Source: an uncultured Pelagibacteraceae bacterium | GTDB lineage: Bacteria; Pseudomonadota; Alphaproteobacteria; Pelagibacterales; Pelagibacteraceae | Direction of reading: 5' to 3' | Length of the DNA: 64,000 bases | Assembly: GCA_902580135.1 (NCBI GenBank) | Contig: CACHJL010000002.1 | Span: 6,872 to 70,871 of the forward strand | In this document: positions 18,979 through 29,388 of the stretch, in pieces | How the letters are laid out: the number at the start of each line of letters is the position of its first letter | How positions within the stretch are numbered: position 1 is the first letter of the stretch | Translations under genes and position numbers: made by a program | Notes under the pieces: model-generated | Databases searched by the model: none | What the model was told of the DNA's origin: nothing | What the model saw: only the letters and a program-made list of their open reading frames with translations

Positions 18979-19581
18979 TTATTTTGCAATAAATCTTAAA
19001 TATCTATTTTGATAACTTAGATCCTCTTTAAATTGACCTAAATAATAGTTAGTAACAGTAGTTGCTTGTTCTTTTTTAATTCCTCTCATGGTCATACACT
19101 GGTGAGTTGAATCAATTGTAACAGCTACGCCTTTTGCGTCCAAAGATTCCATTAAAGTTGTAGCTATTTGCATTGTAAGTCTTTCTTGAGTCTGTAATCT
19201 TTTTGAAAACACCTCAACAACTCTTGCAAGTTTACTTAAACCAACAACTCTTTCCTTTGGAATATATGCTACATGAGCAATTCCTATAATAGGAGCCATA
19301 TGATGTTCGCAATGACTTTGAACAGAAATATTTTTTTGAACCACCATATCGTCATAACCATCTACATCGCCAAATGTTTTATTTAATATCTCTTTTGGGT
19401 CTTCTCTGTAACCTTTAAAATATTCTTTGAAAGCTTTTACAACTCTTTTTGGAGTTTCTAACAACCCTTCTCTGCCTGGATCTTCTCCCATCCATTTTAA
19501 AATTTTTACAAAAGCCTCTTGTGCTTCTTTGTCTGAGATGTTCTCTTTATTTAACTCGTTTTCGTTTTTTACTAATTTCAT
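18979..19581 (-). CDS. folE: GTP cyclohydrolase I
   Basis: SHCEHH, GLSKLAR, QTQERLT, HQCMTMRG. Confidence 0.95.
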   Translation of the reverse strand: MKLVKNENELNKENISDKEAQEAFVKILKWMGEDPGREGLLETPKRVVKAFKEYFKGYREDPKEILNKTFGDVDGYDDMVVQKNISVQSHCEHHMAPIIGIAHVAYIPKERVVGLSKLARVVEVFSKRLQTQERLTMQIATTLMESLDAKGVAVTIDSTHQCMTMRGIKKEQATTVTNYYLGQFKEDLSYQNRYLRFIAK

Positions 19582-19638
19582 GATGTACTTTTATATATAT
19601 AATTCCTTATTTTTAAAATATTTAATATATTTAGTAAT

Positions 19639-20127
19639 ATGTTAGATAATTCCAAGTATATGTTTAAAAAAAGAGAAAATGTCGCTGATATAGAAGAAGG
19701 ACCTTTGTTATCACCAAAATTTGATAATGATGGTTTAATTCCTGTTATTACAACTTGCTCAAAAACTAAAGAAATTTTGATGCACGGGTACATGAATGTA
19801 GAAGCTTTGAAACTTACAATCGAATCTAAAGAAGCTCATTATTGGAGTAGATCAAGAAAACAAATTTGGCACAAAGGTAAAACAAGTGGTTTCGTTCAAA
19901 AAGTTATTGAAATCAGAATAGACGATGATCAAGATGCTGTTTGGTTAACAGTAGATATTGGGGACGGTGCAAGTTGCCATGTGGGTTATAGATCATGTTT
20001 TTATAGATCAATTCCATTAGGTGAAATAAAAAATGGACGTGAAGTTGAAATGAAGTTTGAAGAAAAAGAGAAAAAATTCGATCCAGAAATAGTTTACAAA
20101 GGACAACCTAATCCAACAAAAATTTAA
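19639..20127 (+). CDS. hisI: phosphoribosyl-AMP cyclohydrolase
   Basis: YWSRSR…WHKGKTSG, DDDQD, CHVGYRSCF; start may be 19660. Confidence 0.93.
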   Translation: MLDNSKYMFKKRENVADIEEGPLLSPKFDNDGLIPVITTCSKTKEILMHGYMNVEALKLTIESKEAHYWSRSRKQIWHKGKTSGFVQKVIEIRIDDDQDAVWLTVDIGDGASCHVGYRSCFYRSIPLGEIKNGREVEMKFEEKEKKFDPEIVYKGQPNPTKI

Positions 20128-20501
20128 TGACTAAACCGCAAAAAAATGTTTTAGGTGAAGACCTTGAAGAATGTTCTAATGATCCTTTAACAGGTTGGTT
20201 TAGAGATGGATGTTGTAATACTGATGAAAATGATCACGGGTTGCATACAGTTTGTGTAAAAGTAAATAATGAATTTTTAGAATGGTGCAAAGAAGCTGGT
20301 AATGATTTAATTACACCTCATCCAGAATTTGGTTTTCCTGGTTTAAAAGATGGAGATAATTGGTGTGTTTGTGCAGGTTGGGTTGCAAGAGCTATTGAAG
20401 CTGGCAAAGGATGTTCTGTGTATTTAAAAAAAACTCACGAAAATACACTTAAAGTTGTACCTTTCGAGAAGTTAAAAAAACTTGCTATAGATCTTTCTTA
20501 A
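20127..20501 (+). CDS. DUF2237 family protein
   Basis: NVLGEDLEECS…TGWFRDGCC…GNDLITP…FPGLKDGDNWCVC. Confidence 0.85.
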   Translation: MTKPQKNVLGEDLEECSNDPLTGWFRDGCCNTDENDHGLHTVCVKVNNEFLEWCKEAGNDLITPHPEFGFPGLKDGDNWCVCAGWVARAIEAGKGCSVYLKKTHENTLKVVPFEKLKKLAIDLS

Positions 20502-22121
20502 TTACATATTGCCATACTTAGGACCTCCACCACCCTCTGGGGTCACCCAAGTAATATTTTGTGATGGTTCTTTTATATCGCAAGTTTTACAGTGAATACA
20601 GTTTTGTGAATTGATAACAAACTTTTCCTCATCTTGTTCTTTTTGGACTTCATAAACTCCAACCGGGCAATATCTTTGTGCAGGTTCATCAAATTTTTCT
20701 AGAGTATATTTAATTGGTAAATCTTTATCTTTTAATTGTAAATGAACTGGTTGATTGTCTGCATGATTAGTTCCAGTCAGATATACTGAACTAGTTTTAT
20801 CGAAAGTTATAATATTATCTGGTTTGGGATAATCAATTTTTGGCATTTGATTTGCAGGCTTCAGAGCTTCATGATCTGCGTGTTTGTGCTTTAATGTAAA
20901 TGGTAATTTGCCTCTAAAAAGAATTTGATCAATGCCAGTAAAAATTATTCCTAAAATTAAGCCCCAGCTAAAACTTGGTTTAACATTTCTTGCTGCATAT
21001 AGTTCTTCGTATACCCAGCTCTTCTTAAACCTCTCTTCATAAGATGATAAGCTTTTATTTTCTTTTAAATTATCAACAATAGTTTCAGCAGCTATCATTC
21101 CACTTTTCATTGCAGTGTGAGAACCTTTTATTTTTGGCATATTTAATGTACCTGCATCGCAACCAACTAATAACGCACCTGGCATATACATTTGTGGTAA
21201 GCTTTGTAGACCGCCCTCTATAAGAGCTCTAGCTCCATAAGAAATTCTTTTTCCTCCTTCTAGTATTGGTTTGATTGAAGGATGTGTTTTAAATCTTTGA
21301 AATTCGTCAAATGGCGATAAATGTGGGTTTTTATAATCTAAACCAATAACATATCCTAGGAAGACTTGTTTATTTTCAGCATGGTATACAAAACTTCCTC
21401 CATAAGTATTTTTATCCATTGGCCATCCTGCAGTATGCATTACTAGCCCTTCTTCATGTTTTTCCTCTTTAATTTCCCAAATTTCTTTAAATCCAATACC
21501 ATATTGTTGAGTATCTTTTCCTTTATCTAATTCAAATTTTTTTATTAATTGTTTTCCTAAATGTCCTCTACATCCCTCTGCAAATACTGTGATTTTAGCA
21601 TGAAGTTCCATTCCAGATTCAAAACTATCTTTTTTGTTACCTTCTTTATCTATACCCATATCTTGTGTAGCTATTCCTTTTACTGATCCATCTTCATTAT
21701 AGAGAACTTCACTTGCTGGAAATCCTGGAAATATTTCCACACCTAATGCTTCGGCTTGCTCAGCCAACCACCTACACAGGTTTGCAAGACTAATAATAAA
21801 ATTATTATGGTTATGTTGAACTTTAGGTAGCAACCATGTTGGCCAACTTAAAGATTTTGATTTTCCTAAAAATAAAAATTTTTCTTTATTAACTTTTGTT
21901 TTTACTGGAGCATTTAATTCTTTCCAATTAGGAAATAACTCGTCTAAGGCTCTTGTTTCAAAAACATTGCCTGACAAAATATGAGCACCTATTTCAGATG
22001 CTTTTTCTAAAAGGCAGACATTAATATCAGGATTTAACTGCTTTAACTTAATCGCAGTTGAAAGCCCGGATGGTCCGCCACCTACGATTATTACATCGTA
22101 TTCCATCACTTCTCTGGACAT
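20502..22121 (-). CDS. electron transfer flavoprotein-ubiquinone oxidoreductase
   Basis: GGGPSG, GAHILSG, C-terminal CPVGVYE…NCIHCKTCDIK 4Fe-4S motif. Confidence 0.95.
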   Translation of the reverse strand: MSREVMEYDVIIVGGGPSGLSTAIKLKQLNPDINVCLLEKASEIGAHILSGNVFETRALDELFPNWKELNAPVKTKVNKEKFLFLGKSKSLSWPTWLLPKVQHNHNNFIISLANLCRWLAEQAEALGVEIFPGFPASEVLYNEDGSVKGIATQDMGIDKEGNKKDSFESGMELHAKITVFAEGCRGHLGKQLIKKFELDKGKDTQQYGIGFKEIWEIKEEKHEEGLVMHTAGWPMDKNTYGGSFVYHAENKQVFLGYVIGLDYKNPHLSPFDEFQRFKTHPSIKPILEGGKRISYGARALIEGGLQSLPQMYMPGALLVGCDAGTLNMPKIKGSHTAMKSGMIAAETIVDNLKENKSLSSYEERFKKSWVYEELYAARNVKPSFSWGLILGIIFTGIDQILFRGKLPFTLKHKHADHEALKPANQMPKIDYPKPDNIITFDKTSSVYLTGTNHADNQPVHLQLKDKDLPIKYTLEKFDEPAQRYCPVGVYEVQKEQDEEKFVINSQNCIHCKTCDIKEPSQNITWVTPEGGGGPKYGNM

Positions 22122-22142
22122 ATTATTTTTCTACAGTATTTG

Positions 22143-23096
22143 TTATTTTTGTATAGTGTTTAATTTGTTCAGTTCTTCTAAGAATTTAGGCAAGGCTTCA
22201 AATAAATCAGCTTCCAAACCATAATCTGCGACACTAAAAATAGGAGCCTCTCCATCTTTGTTTATAGCAACGATTACTTTGCTTTCTTTCATTCCTGCAA
22301 GGTGTTGTATTGCACCGGAAATACCAACAGCAATATAAAGATCTGGAACTACTACTTTACCTGTTTGACCAACTTGATGGTCGTTTGTAATATATCCTGC
22401 ATCGACAGCAGCTCTTGATGCTCCAATAGCAGCATTAAGTTTATCTGCAACAGCTGTGATTAATTTGAAGTTTTCTCCACTTTGCATTCCTCTTCCACCT
22501 GATATTACTACTCTTGCTGTACCTAGCTCAGGTCTTTCAGATTTAATCTCTTCTCTTTTAATAAATTTTATATTTGAATTTACTTCTCCTGCATCAACTT
22601 TAACAATTTCAGCTGAACCTCCAGATGTTGGAGCCGGATCAAAAGAAGTTGGTCTAATTGTAATACATTTCTTCTTGTCATTACTTTTTACAGTTGCAAA
22701 TGCATTACCTGCATAAATAGGTCTTAGGAAAGTGTCTGCAGAAATTACTTTAATTATATCGCTTATTTGAGATGTATCTAGTAAAGCTGCTATTCTTGGC
22801 ATTAAATTTTTGCCAAATGTATTTGCTGAGCAAACTATATGTGAATAATTCTCAGCATTTTTAATTACTGCTGATGTAAAATTTTCTGCTAAATAATTTT
22901 CATAAATTTCATTATCTATTTGTATTACCTTTTTAACATTAGGAATTTGAGAAGATGATTTAGCAACTTCATCTAAATTATGACCTATGACTAATACATT
23001 TAAATCTTCATCAATTTGTGATGCTGCTGTAATCGCATTTAAAGTAAATGGTTTTAATTCTTTATTATTGTGTTCTGCTATCAATAATGCTGACAT
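22143..23096 (-). CDS. etfA: electron transfer flavoprotein alpha subunit
   Basis: [23 protein letters not shown]. Confidence 0.95.
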   Translation of the reverse strand: MSALLIAEHNNKELKPFTLNAITAASQIDEDLNVLVIGHNLDEVAKSSSQIPNVKKVIQIDNEIYENYLAENFTSAVIKNAENYSHIVCSANTFGKNLMPRIAALLDTSQISDIIKVISADTFLRPIYAGNAFATVKSNDKKKCITIRPTSFDPAPTSGGSAEIVKVDAGEVNSNIKFIKREEIKSERPELGTARVVISGGRGMQSGENFKLITAVADKLNAAIGASRAAVDAGYITNDHQVGQTGKVVVPDLYIAVGISGAIQHLAGMKESKVIVAINKDGEAPIFSVADYGLEADLFEALPKFLEELNKLNTIQK

Positions 23097-23845
23097 TATA
23101 TTACCTTTGCCTCATTTTTTAATTTTTGTACTAATTCTTCTACATTTGCAACTTTAATACCTGCTTTTCTCTTTGGAGGCTCTTCCACTTTAATTACTTG
23201 AATTCTCGAATTTGTATCAACTCCTAAATCTGAAGCGTTAATTTGTTCTATCGGTTTCTTTTTTGCTTTCATAATATTAGGCAAAGATGCATATCTAGGT
23301 TCATTTAATCTTAAATCACAAGTAATAATTGCTGGTGTATTAACTTCAATTGTTTCTAATCCTTCATCAACTTCCCTTGTTACTTCTAAAGAGTTTTCTT
23401 TAACTTCAATTTTAGAAGCAAAAGTTGCTTGTGGCCAATTTAAAAGTGCTCCGAGCATTTGACCAGTTTGATTACAATCATCATCAATAGCTTGTTTTCC
23501 CATAAAAACTAAATCTGGTTTTTCTTTATCTACAATTTTTCGTAATATTTTTGAGACAGCTAGAGGTTCAATTATTCCATCAATCTTAACATGAATTCCT
23601 CTGTCAGCTCCAACTGCTAGTGCTTTTCTAACAGTCTCTTGTGCTTTTTCTTCTCCTACTGTAACTGCAACAATTTCTTTTGCCTTTCCAGACTCTTTTA
23701 TTTTTACTGCTTCTTCGATCGCATTATCATCTGGAGGATTTGTTGACATTTTAACGTTATCAGTAACAACACCAGTTCCGTCTTCTTTTACTCTGACTTG
23801 AACGTTGTAATCTATAACCCTTTTAACAGCGACTAATATTTTCAT
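23096..23845 (-). CDS. etfB: electron transfer flavoprotein beta subunit
   Basis: [37 protein letters not shown]. Confidence 0.95.
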   Translation of the reverse strand: MKILVAVKRVIDYNVQVRVKEDGTGVVTDNVKMSTNPPDDNAIEEAVKIKESGKAKEIVAVTVGEEKAQETVRKALAVGADRGIHVKIDGIIEPLAVSKILRKIVDKEKPDLVFMGKQAIDDDCNQTGQMLGALLNWPQATFASKIEVKENSLEVTREVDEGLETIEVNTPAIITCDLRLNEPRYASLPNIMKAKKKPIEQINASDLGVDTNSRIQVIKVEEPPKRKAGIKVANVEELVQKLKNEAKVI

Positions 23846-26277
23846 TAAGCTCTTAATAATTTATTTTCAGAATCATAAGGACTTTCATCCAAAATTGTAG
23901 CGTCGTGCATTTTCCCTAAAATATCAATTTTTAATTTTTGGCCAGTTGTCGCAAGGGCTGGTTTGACCATTCCAAGAGCAATTGATTTACCTAATCTGAA
24001 ACCAAAATCCCCTCCAGTAGCTCTACCAACAACAGTGCCATTTTCATAGATCGGATTATTTCCTAAAACATCTGAGTCAGAAGTATTATGTACTTCGAGT
24101 GTTACCAATTTGTTTGCAAAACCTTTTTCTCTCCACTTATTTAATGCTTCTAATCCAATAAAATTTCCTTTGTTTGGATGAATAAATCTATCTAACCCAC
24201 TTTCATAAGGAGAATATTCAATAGACAATTCTGTTCCTACTAGTTTATAGGATTTTTCTACCCTTAGACTATTCATTGCTCTTATTCCATAAGGTTTAAT
24301 TCCAAGATCTTGGCCAGCCTCCATTAATTTATCAAAAATGTGATTTTGATATTCAATAGGATGGTGTAATTCCCAACCAAGTTCTCCAACAAAATTTACT
24401 CTCATTGCATTTACCGGCGCATAACCAACATCTACCATTTTTGAACTTAGCCATTTAAAATTATCATTAGAAAAATCATCTTTTGATACTCTTTGCATTA
24501 ATTCTCTAGTTTTAGGTCCTGAGACGACTAAAACTCCATTACTATTTGTTAGATTTTCAAATTGAACCGAGCCATCGTCAGGCATCCATTTTAATATCCA
24601 ATCATGATCTAGTCTTTGAAAAGCACCAGCAGAAACTAAATAAAAACTATTTTCAGACTCTTTCATAATAGTAAATTCAGAATGAACTCCACCTTTTGTA
24701 TTAAGGGCATGACATAGATTAATTCTACCGACTTTTTTTGGTAATTTGTTAGCGACTAGCATATCTAAAAATTCCTCTGCACCAGGTCCTTTAATTCTAC
24801 ATTTTGCAAAAGCTGACATATCAAGAAGACCAACATTTTCTTTTACATTCTTGCATTCTTTTTCTACTGCTTTGAACCAATTTGATCTTCTAAAAGACCA
24901 ATCATCTTCCTGTTTCATTCCATCAGTTGCAAAAAAGTTTGGTCTTTCCCAACCAAATTTTTGACCAAATACTGCTCCTAGATTTTTCATTCTCTCATAA
25001 CAAGGTGCTGTTCTTAAAGGTCTAGCAGCCGGTCTTTCTTCATCTGGAAAGTGAGTAATAAAAACATGACTATAAGCTTCTTCATTTTTTTCTTTTAGAT
25101 AAGATTTGGAACAGTAATCACCGTATCTTCTTGGTTCAACGCCAAGCATATCGATAGTAGGTTCTCCATCTACTATCCATTCGGCTAATTGCCATCCAGC
25201 TCCACCTGCTGCTGTTATTCCAAAACTGTGTCCTTCGTTAATCCAAAAATTTTTTAGCCCCCATGCTGGTCCAACTATTGGGTTACCATCAGGTGTGTAA
25301 CAGATTGCACCATTATAAACTTTTTTTACTCCCACTTCTCCAAATGCTGGAACCCTATGTATTGCTCCTTCGATATGTGGGGCTAATCTATCTAAATCTT
25401 CTTGAAATAATTCATATTCTGACTCTTTTGATGGTCCATTAACATAACATGCAGGTGCACCATCTTCATAAGGTCCTAAAATTAATCCACCAGCTTCTTC
25501 TCTCATATACCATCTGCTATCACTATCTCTCAACACTCCCATCTCTGGAAGTCCTTCTTTTTTTCTTTTTTGAATTTCAGGATGTGGTTCTGTTACAATA
25601 TATTGATGTTCTACTGGAATAACTGGAATATCTAATCCAACCATTTTTCCTGTTTGTCTCGCAAAGTTTCCTGAACAAGAAATTATATGTTCACACTCAA
25701 TTGTTCCTTTGTCTGTCTCAACAACCCATCCATCTTTTGACTGTTTCATACCAACTACAGTTGTATTTCTATAAATTTCTGCGCCTCTATTTCTTGCGCC
25801 TGTTGCAAGTGCTTGAGTTAGATCAGCTGGTTGAATGTAACCATCTTCAGGATGTTGAATAGCACCAACTAAATCAGAGGTGTTACACAATGGCCAAATT
25901 TCTTTTACTTGATCTGGTGTTAAAAAGTTTACATTGACACCAATTGTTTGTGCTACACCAGCATACTGATGATATTCGTCCATTCTGTCTTTATTGTTTG
26001 CTAATCTTATATTTGAGACAACACTAAAACCTACATTCTTGCCTGTTTCTTCTTCTAATTTTTTATACAAATCAACAGCATACTTATGTAACTGTCCTAC
26101 TGAATAACTCATATTGAATAATGGAAGTAATCCTGCTGCATGCCAAGTAGATCCTGAAGTTAATTCTTTTCTTTCAATAAGAACTACATCTGACCAACCT
26201 TTTTTTGCCAAATGATAAAGAGCACTAACTCCTACTACTCCTCCACCAACTACAACAACTTTTGCTTTTGACTTCAT
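23845..26277 (-). CDS. dimethylglycine/sarcosine dehydrogenase-like (FAD oxidoreductase + GcvT)
   Basis: [16 protein letters not shown]-terminal GcvT motifs ([14 protein letters not shown]); coupled to etfBA. Confidence 0.9.
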   Translation of the reverse strand: MKSKAKVVVVGGGVVGVSALYHLAKKGWSDVVLIERKELTSGSTWHAAGLLPLFNMSYSVGQLHKYAVDLYKKLEEETGKNVGFSVVSNIRLANNKDRMDEYHQYAGVAQTIGVNVNFLTPDQVKEIWPLCNTSDLVGAIQHPEDGYIQPADLTQALATGARNRGAEIYRNTTVVGMKQSKDGWVVETDKGTIECEHIISCSGNFARQTGKMVGLDIPVIPVEHQYIVTEPHPEIQKRKKEGLPEMGVLRDSDSRWYMREEAGGLILGPYEDGAPACYVNGPSKESEYELFQEDLDRLAPHIEGAIHRVPAFGEVGVKKVYNGAICYTPDGNPIVGPAWGLKNFWINEGHSFGITAAGGAGWQLAEWIVDGEPTIDMLGVEPRRYGDYCSKSYLKEKNEEAYSHVFITHFPDEERPAARPLRTAPCYERMKNLGAVFGQKFGWERPNFFATDGMKQEDDWSFRRSNWFKAVEKECKNVKENVGLLDMSAFAKCRIKGPGAEEFLDMLVANKLPKKVGRINLCHALNTKGGVHSEFTIMKESENSFYLVSAGAFQRLDHDWILKWMPDDGSVQFENLTNSNGVLVVSGPKTRELMQRVSKDDFSNDNFKWLSSKMVDVGYAPVNAMRVNFVGELGWELHHPIEYQNHIFDKLMEAGQDLGIKPYGIRAMNSLRVEKSYKLVGTELSIEYSPYESGLDRFIHPNKGNFIGLEALNKWREKGFANKLVTLEVHNTSDSDVLGNNPIYENGTVVGRATGGDFGFRLGKSIALGMVKPALATTGQKLKIDILGKMHDATILDESPYDSENKLLRA

Positions 26278-26329
26278 CTTGCGACTTCTACTAAATTTTT
26301 ATAATTAACGAAACAAAATTTTTCAAGCT

Positions 26330-26842
26330 TTATATAGAGGATCCCATAGGCATAGGTTGTGAAACAGCCGTTGTAAGCCAGCAATTTTTGAGAGGACCAT
26401 CTAATTTATATTTTTCTACCTGCCATTTAAATTTATAATATTTTTTATCTTTATCTAACACCATTACTTCAAAAGTTGCTAATTCATTGGATTTATAAAC
26501 TTCATTAATTTCATGACCTTTGTGATTTATAAGCATAGAATATGACGGGGTTTTCATCATATTTTTAAATCTTTCAAGAGGTCCTGTTACTCTCTGATTA
26601 TTTGGATGGGCAAATTCCCAGGTTTGTATTATCCCAAAATCCTTGTAGGGAGTATCGTTTTTCATTAATGCTGACAATTGAATTTTAATTACTTGATTTG
26701 CTTCTATTTTAGAATTTGGTTTTGTTACATCAGCAAATGATGTCTTGCAAATTAAAAAAAAAAATAAAATAATATTAAATAAACACTTATAATTTATTTG
26801 CTGTTGTCTTAACATCATCAAGAAATTTTTTTCTTTTTTCAT
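26330..26842 (-). CDS. DUF4864-like exported protein
   Basis: VIKIQLSAL…WEFAHP…GPLERFKNM…CWLT; start uncertain. Confidence 0.6.
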   Translation of the reverse strand: MKKEKNFLMMLRQQQINYKCLFNIILFFFLICKTSFADVTKPNSKIEANQVIKIQLSALMKNDTPYKDFGIIQTWEFAHPNNQRVTGPLERFKNMMKTPSYSMLINHKGHEINEVYKSNELATFEVMVLDKDKKYYKFKWQVEKYKLDGPLKNCWLTTAVSQPMPMGSSI

Positions 26843-27356
26843 CGCTTACAAATGGTACAGCAAAATACCTTTTATACACAACATCAGTAATGCCACATAT
26901 ATTAAATACGCCTCTTCTCAGTCTTTTAGTCGGCATATTTAAAAAAAAAGTTCTAATTGCAAATTGTGGTGATCCATAAGTGCAAAAAACAATTGCTTTT
27001 TTTCCTTTTAAGTTGCCAATCGGATATCCATAATTTCCAAATAACTTTTTAAATCTAAATGCCCATGGTGGTGCTAATACTTTATCAATCCAACCTTCAA
27101 GGATTGCCGGCATTCTAAAGTTCCATATTGGAGCAATCATTACAATAACATCTGAGTCTTCTATTCGTTTTTGATGATCAAGGATAATTTCGTTTGGTTT
27201 TTCACCGGAAAAAACTGGATCAAATTTTTCTTTATACAAATCAAGAAAATCAACTTCATTACCATTTTCTTTTACTGATTTAATAAAAGTATCTTTAATA
27301 GCGGCATTAAATGATTTATCGTCATAGTGACCATAAACAACAAATATTTTTTTCAT
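26787..27356 (-). CDS. NAD(P)H:quinone oxidoreductase, flavodoxin-2 fold
   Basis: DLYKEKFDP, PIWNFRMPAILEGWIDKV; start moved to ATG 27356 (TAATG coupling). Confidence 0.85.
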   Translation of the reverse strand: MKKIFVVYGHYDDKSFNAAIKDTFIKSVKENGNEVDFLDLYKEKFDPVFSGEKPNEIILDHQKRIEDSDVIVMIAPIWNFRMPAILEGWIDKVLAPPWAFRFKKLFGNYGYPIGNLKGKKAIVFCTYGSPQFAIRTFFLNMPTKRLRRGVFNICGITDVVYKRYFAVPFVSDEKRKKFLDDVKTTANKL

Positions 27357-27823
27357 TAACTTCGTAAAACTGGAAATACTGGATTCGATCTTTGAAATAA
27401 TCTTTGATATTCTTGTTTTATGCATTTGTTTGAAACAAAATCTATATTTTGATCTTTTGCAATTTGTTCTGCTTCATCATTGTGAATTCCGTACTGCAAC
27501 CATAAAACTTTGCTTTTTTTTTTAACAGCCTCGTTAGCAATACCGATCGCTTCATTAGAAGGTCGAAAAACATCGACAATATCAATTTCGTCTGAGATTT
27601 TATCCAAACTACTTAAAACTTTTTCTCCATTAATAATTTCTCCCTCTGCAAATGGATTAATTGGATAAACTTTATAACCAAAATCCTGCATATATTTCAT
27701 AACAACATTTGCGGGTTTTCTTTTTAAATTTTTTCTATCCTCTCCTTTTTTTTCAGAACTCACGCCAATCATTGCAATTGTTTTAGAGTTTTCAAGTATT
27801 TCTTTTATCTGTTTATCATTCAT
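27356..27823 (-). CDS. CoA-binding protein (YccU-like)
   Basis: TIAMIGVS, YPINP, DIVDVFR, LWLQYG. Confidence 0.88.
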   Translation of the reverse strand: MNDKQIKEILENSKTIAMIGVSSEKKGEDRKNLKRKPANVVMKYMQDFGYKVYPINPFAEGEIINGEKVLSSLDKISDEIDIVDVFRPSNEAIGIANEAVKKKSKVLWLQYGIHNDEAEQIAKDQNIDFVSNKCIKQEYQRLFQRSNPVFPVLRS

Positions 27824-27824
27824 C

Positions 27825-28598
27825 TTATTTATTTTTCCATTTGGGTTTTCTTTTTTCTAAAAATGCAGATATTCCCTCTTTTGCATCTAGTGACATCATA
27901 TTTAAAGTCATCATTTTACTTGTAAATTTGTAAGCATTTCTTAAAGGCATTTCTAATTGTTTGTAAAAAGCTTTTTTTCCAATTTTAATTGTTAAATTTG
28001 ATTTTGAAGCAATATTTTTTGCTACTTTTAAAACTTCCTTATTTAATTTTGATTTGTGAAAATGATCATTTATTAAACCAATATCTTTTGCATATTTAGC
28101 CTTAACAGGTTCACCAGTTAAAAGCATTTTCATCATAATTTTTCTATTAACTTTTCTACTTATTGCAACCATAGGTGTGCTGCAAAATAAACCTATGTTA
28201 ACTCCTGGGGTTGCAAAAAATGCATCATTAGTACTATAAGCTAAATCGCAACTTGCAACCAATTGACATCCGGCTGCGAATGCAGCTCCATGAACTTTGG
28301 CTATAACAGGTTTATTGCCCTCTACAACTTGCAACATTAATTTTGAACAATGATTGAATAACTTTAAATGGTTAGATCTATTTTTATGACCTCTAACCTC
28401 TTTTAAGTTATGACCTGCGCTAAATCCTTTTCCTGATCCCTCAAGAATAATAACTTTTGTATCCTTATCTTTATCAAGATTTTTAAAAACTTTTATCAGT
28501 TCGTTTATAGTTTTATAGGATAAAGAATTATAAGTTTTTGGGTCATTTATAATTACATTTTTAATCCCATTACCTAATTTTTTTATTATTACATTCAT
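27825..28598 (-). CDS. enoyl-CoA hydratase/isomerase
   Basis: FSAGHNL, AAGCQLVASCD, PGVNIGLFCSTP. Confidence 0.9.
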   Translation of the reverse strand: MNVIIKKLGNGIKNVIINDPKTYNSLSYKTINELIKVFKNLDKDKDTKVIILEGSGKGFSAGHNLKEVRGHKNRSNHLKLFNHCSKLMLQVVEGNKPVIAKVHGAAFAAGCQLVASCDLAYSTNDAFFATPGVNIGLFCSTPMVAISRKVNRKIMMKMLLTGEPVKAKYAKDIGLINDHFHKSKLNKEVLKVAKNIASKSNLTIKIGKKAFYKQLEMPLRNAYKFTSKMMTLNMMSLDAKEGISAFLEKRKPKWKNK

Positions 28599-28606
28599 TA
28601 TAAATA

Positions 28607-28981
28607 TTATTTTAATTTACCGTCTTCTCTCATTTTTGCTCTTATTTTAGTAGCGGAAATTTTTTGTATTTCTTCGGGTAAAACTATTTCTTCAATTTTA
28701 TAACCAACACCTCTACCATAACAAATATTTGTTATATTTGGCACCATCATAATTTTAAATCTTCCTTTAAATTCAGGATTTAATTTGTCCTCTATATTTT
28801 TTTTAACAGTTTCAAAATCAAATGGGTTATCATCAACTCCTTGTACGTCTCTAATTTGAATACAAACCTGTCCAGTTTTTTTAATAATTTCTTTAAATAA
28901 TGTGTAATGACCTTCATGAAATGGTTGCCATCTACCTAACATTTGTGCAGTTGGTTTTTTATTATCCCATTGATATGACAT
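28607..28981 (-). CDS. small HxGH-type nucleotidyltransferase (cytidylyltransferase-like)
   Basis: GRWQPFHEGH and ISATKIR motifs; start ATG 28981 overlaps the upstream stop. Confidence 0.75.
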   Translation of the reverse strand: MSYQWDNKKPTAQMLGRWQPFHEGHYTLFKEIIKKTGQVCIQIRDVQGVDDNPFDFETVKKNIEDKLNPEFKGRFKIMMVPNITNICYGRGVGYKIEEIVLPEEIQKISATKIRAKMREDGKLK

Positions 28982-29388
28982 TACTTTATCTCCTTTATTA
29001 TTTTTGATGCCCATAGTTTAGCATCTTGGGTTGTTACATGAAAATCATATTTTTCTGGTTTTATAAACATATGGTTTGTATCTTCAAATCTTCCTTTCTT
29101 GATTGTATCTACCCAAATAGTAAAATCTGCGGGAAATAAACTTCTTGCCTCAGATGTAGGACAGATAAAATCTGCAACTACATTATTTCCATCATTTTTT
29201 AATTTTAATGCGTGTTCTGCCATTCTTCTTGCTTGTCTTTTTCTTCCTTCAGCTGAAAAATCCCAATCATTTGCAACTTTTCTTATTTCATCTGCATTTA
29301 ATCTTTTTGCATTAAGCTTGGGCGCTAATTCATTTGCAAGAGTTGTTTTTCCTGCTCCAGGTAAACCCATAATTAAAATTATTTTCAT
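28981..29388 (-). CDS. short adenylyl-sulfate (APS) kinase-like P-loop kinase
   Basis: GLPGAGKTT, ADEIR, DFSAEGR, ADFICP. Confidence 0.7.
   Translation of the reverse strand: MKIILIMGLPGAGKTTLANELAPKLNAKRLNADEIRKVANDWDFSAEGRKRQARRMAEHALKLKNDGNNVVADFICPTSEARSLFPADFTIWVDTIKKGRFEDTNHMFIKPEKYDFHVTTQDAKLWASKIIKEIK

Noticed and set aside
27357-27425. N-terminal extension of the flavodoxin-fold ORF (similarly 28982-29014)
   Set aside because: TAATG stop/start coupling gives better starts at 27356 and 28981
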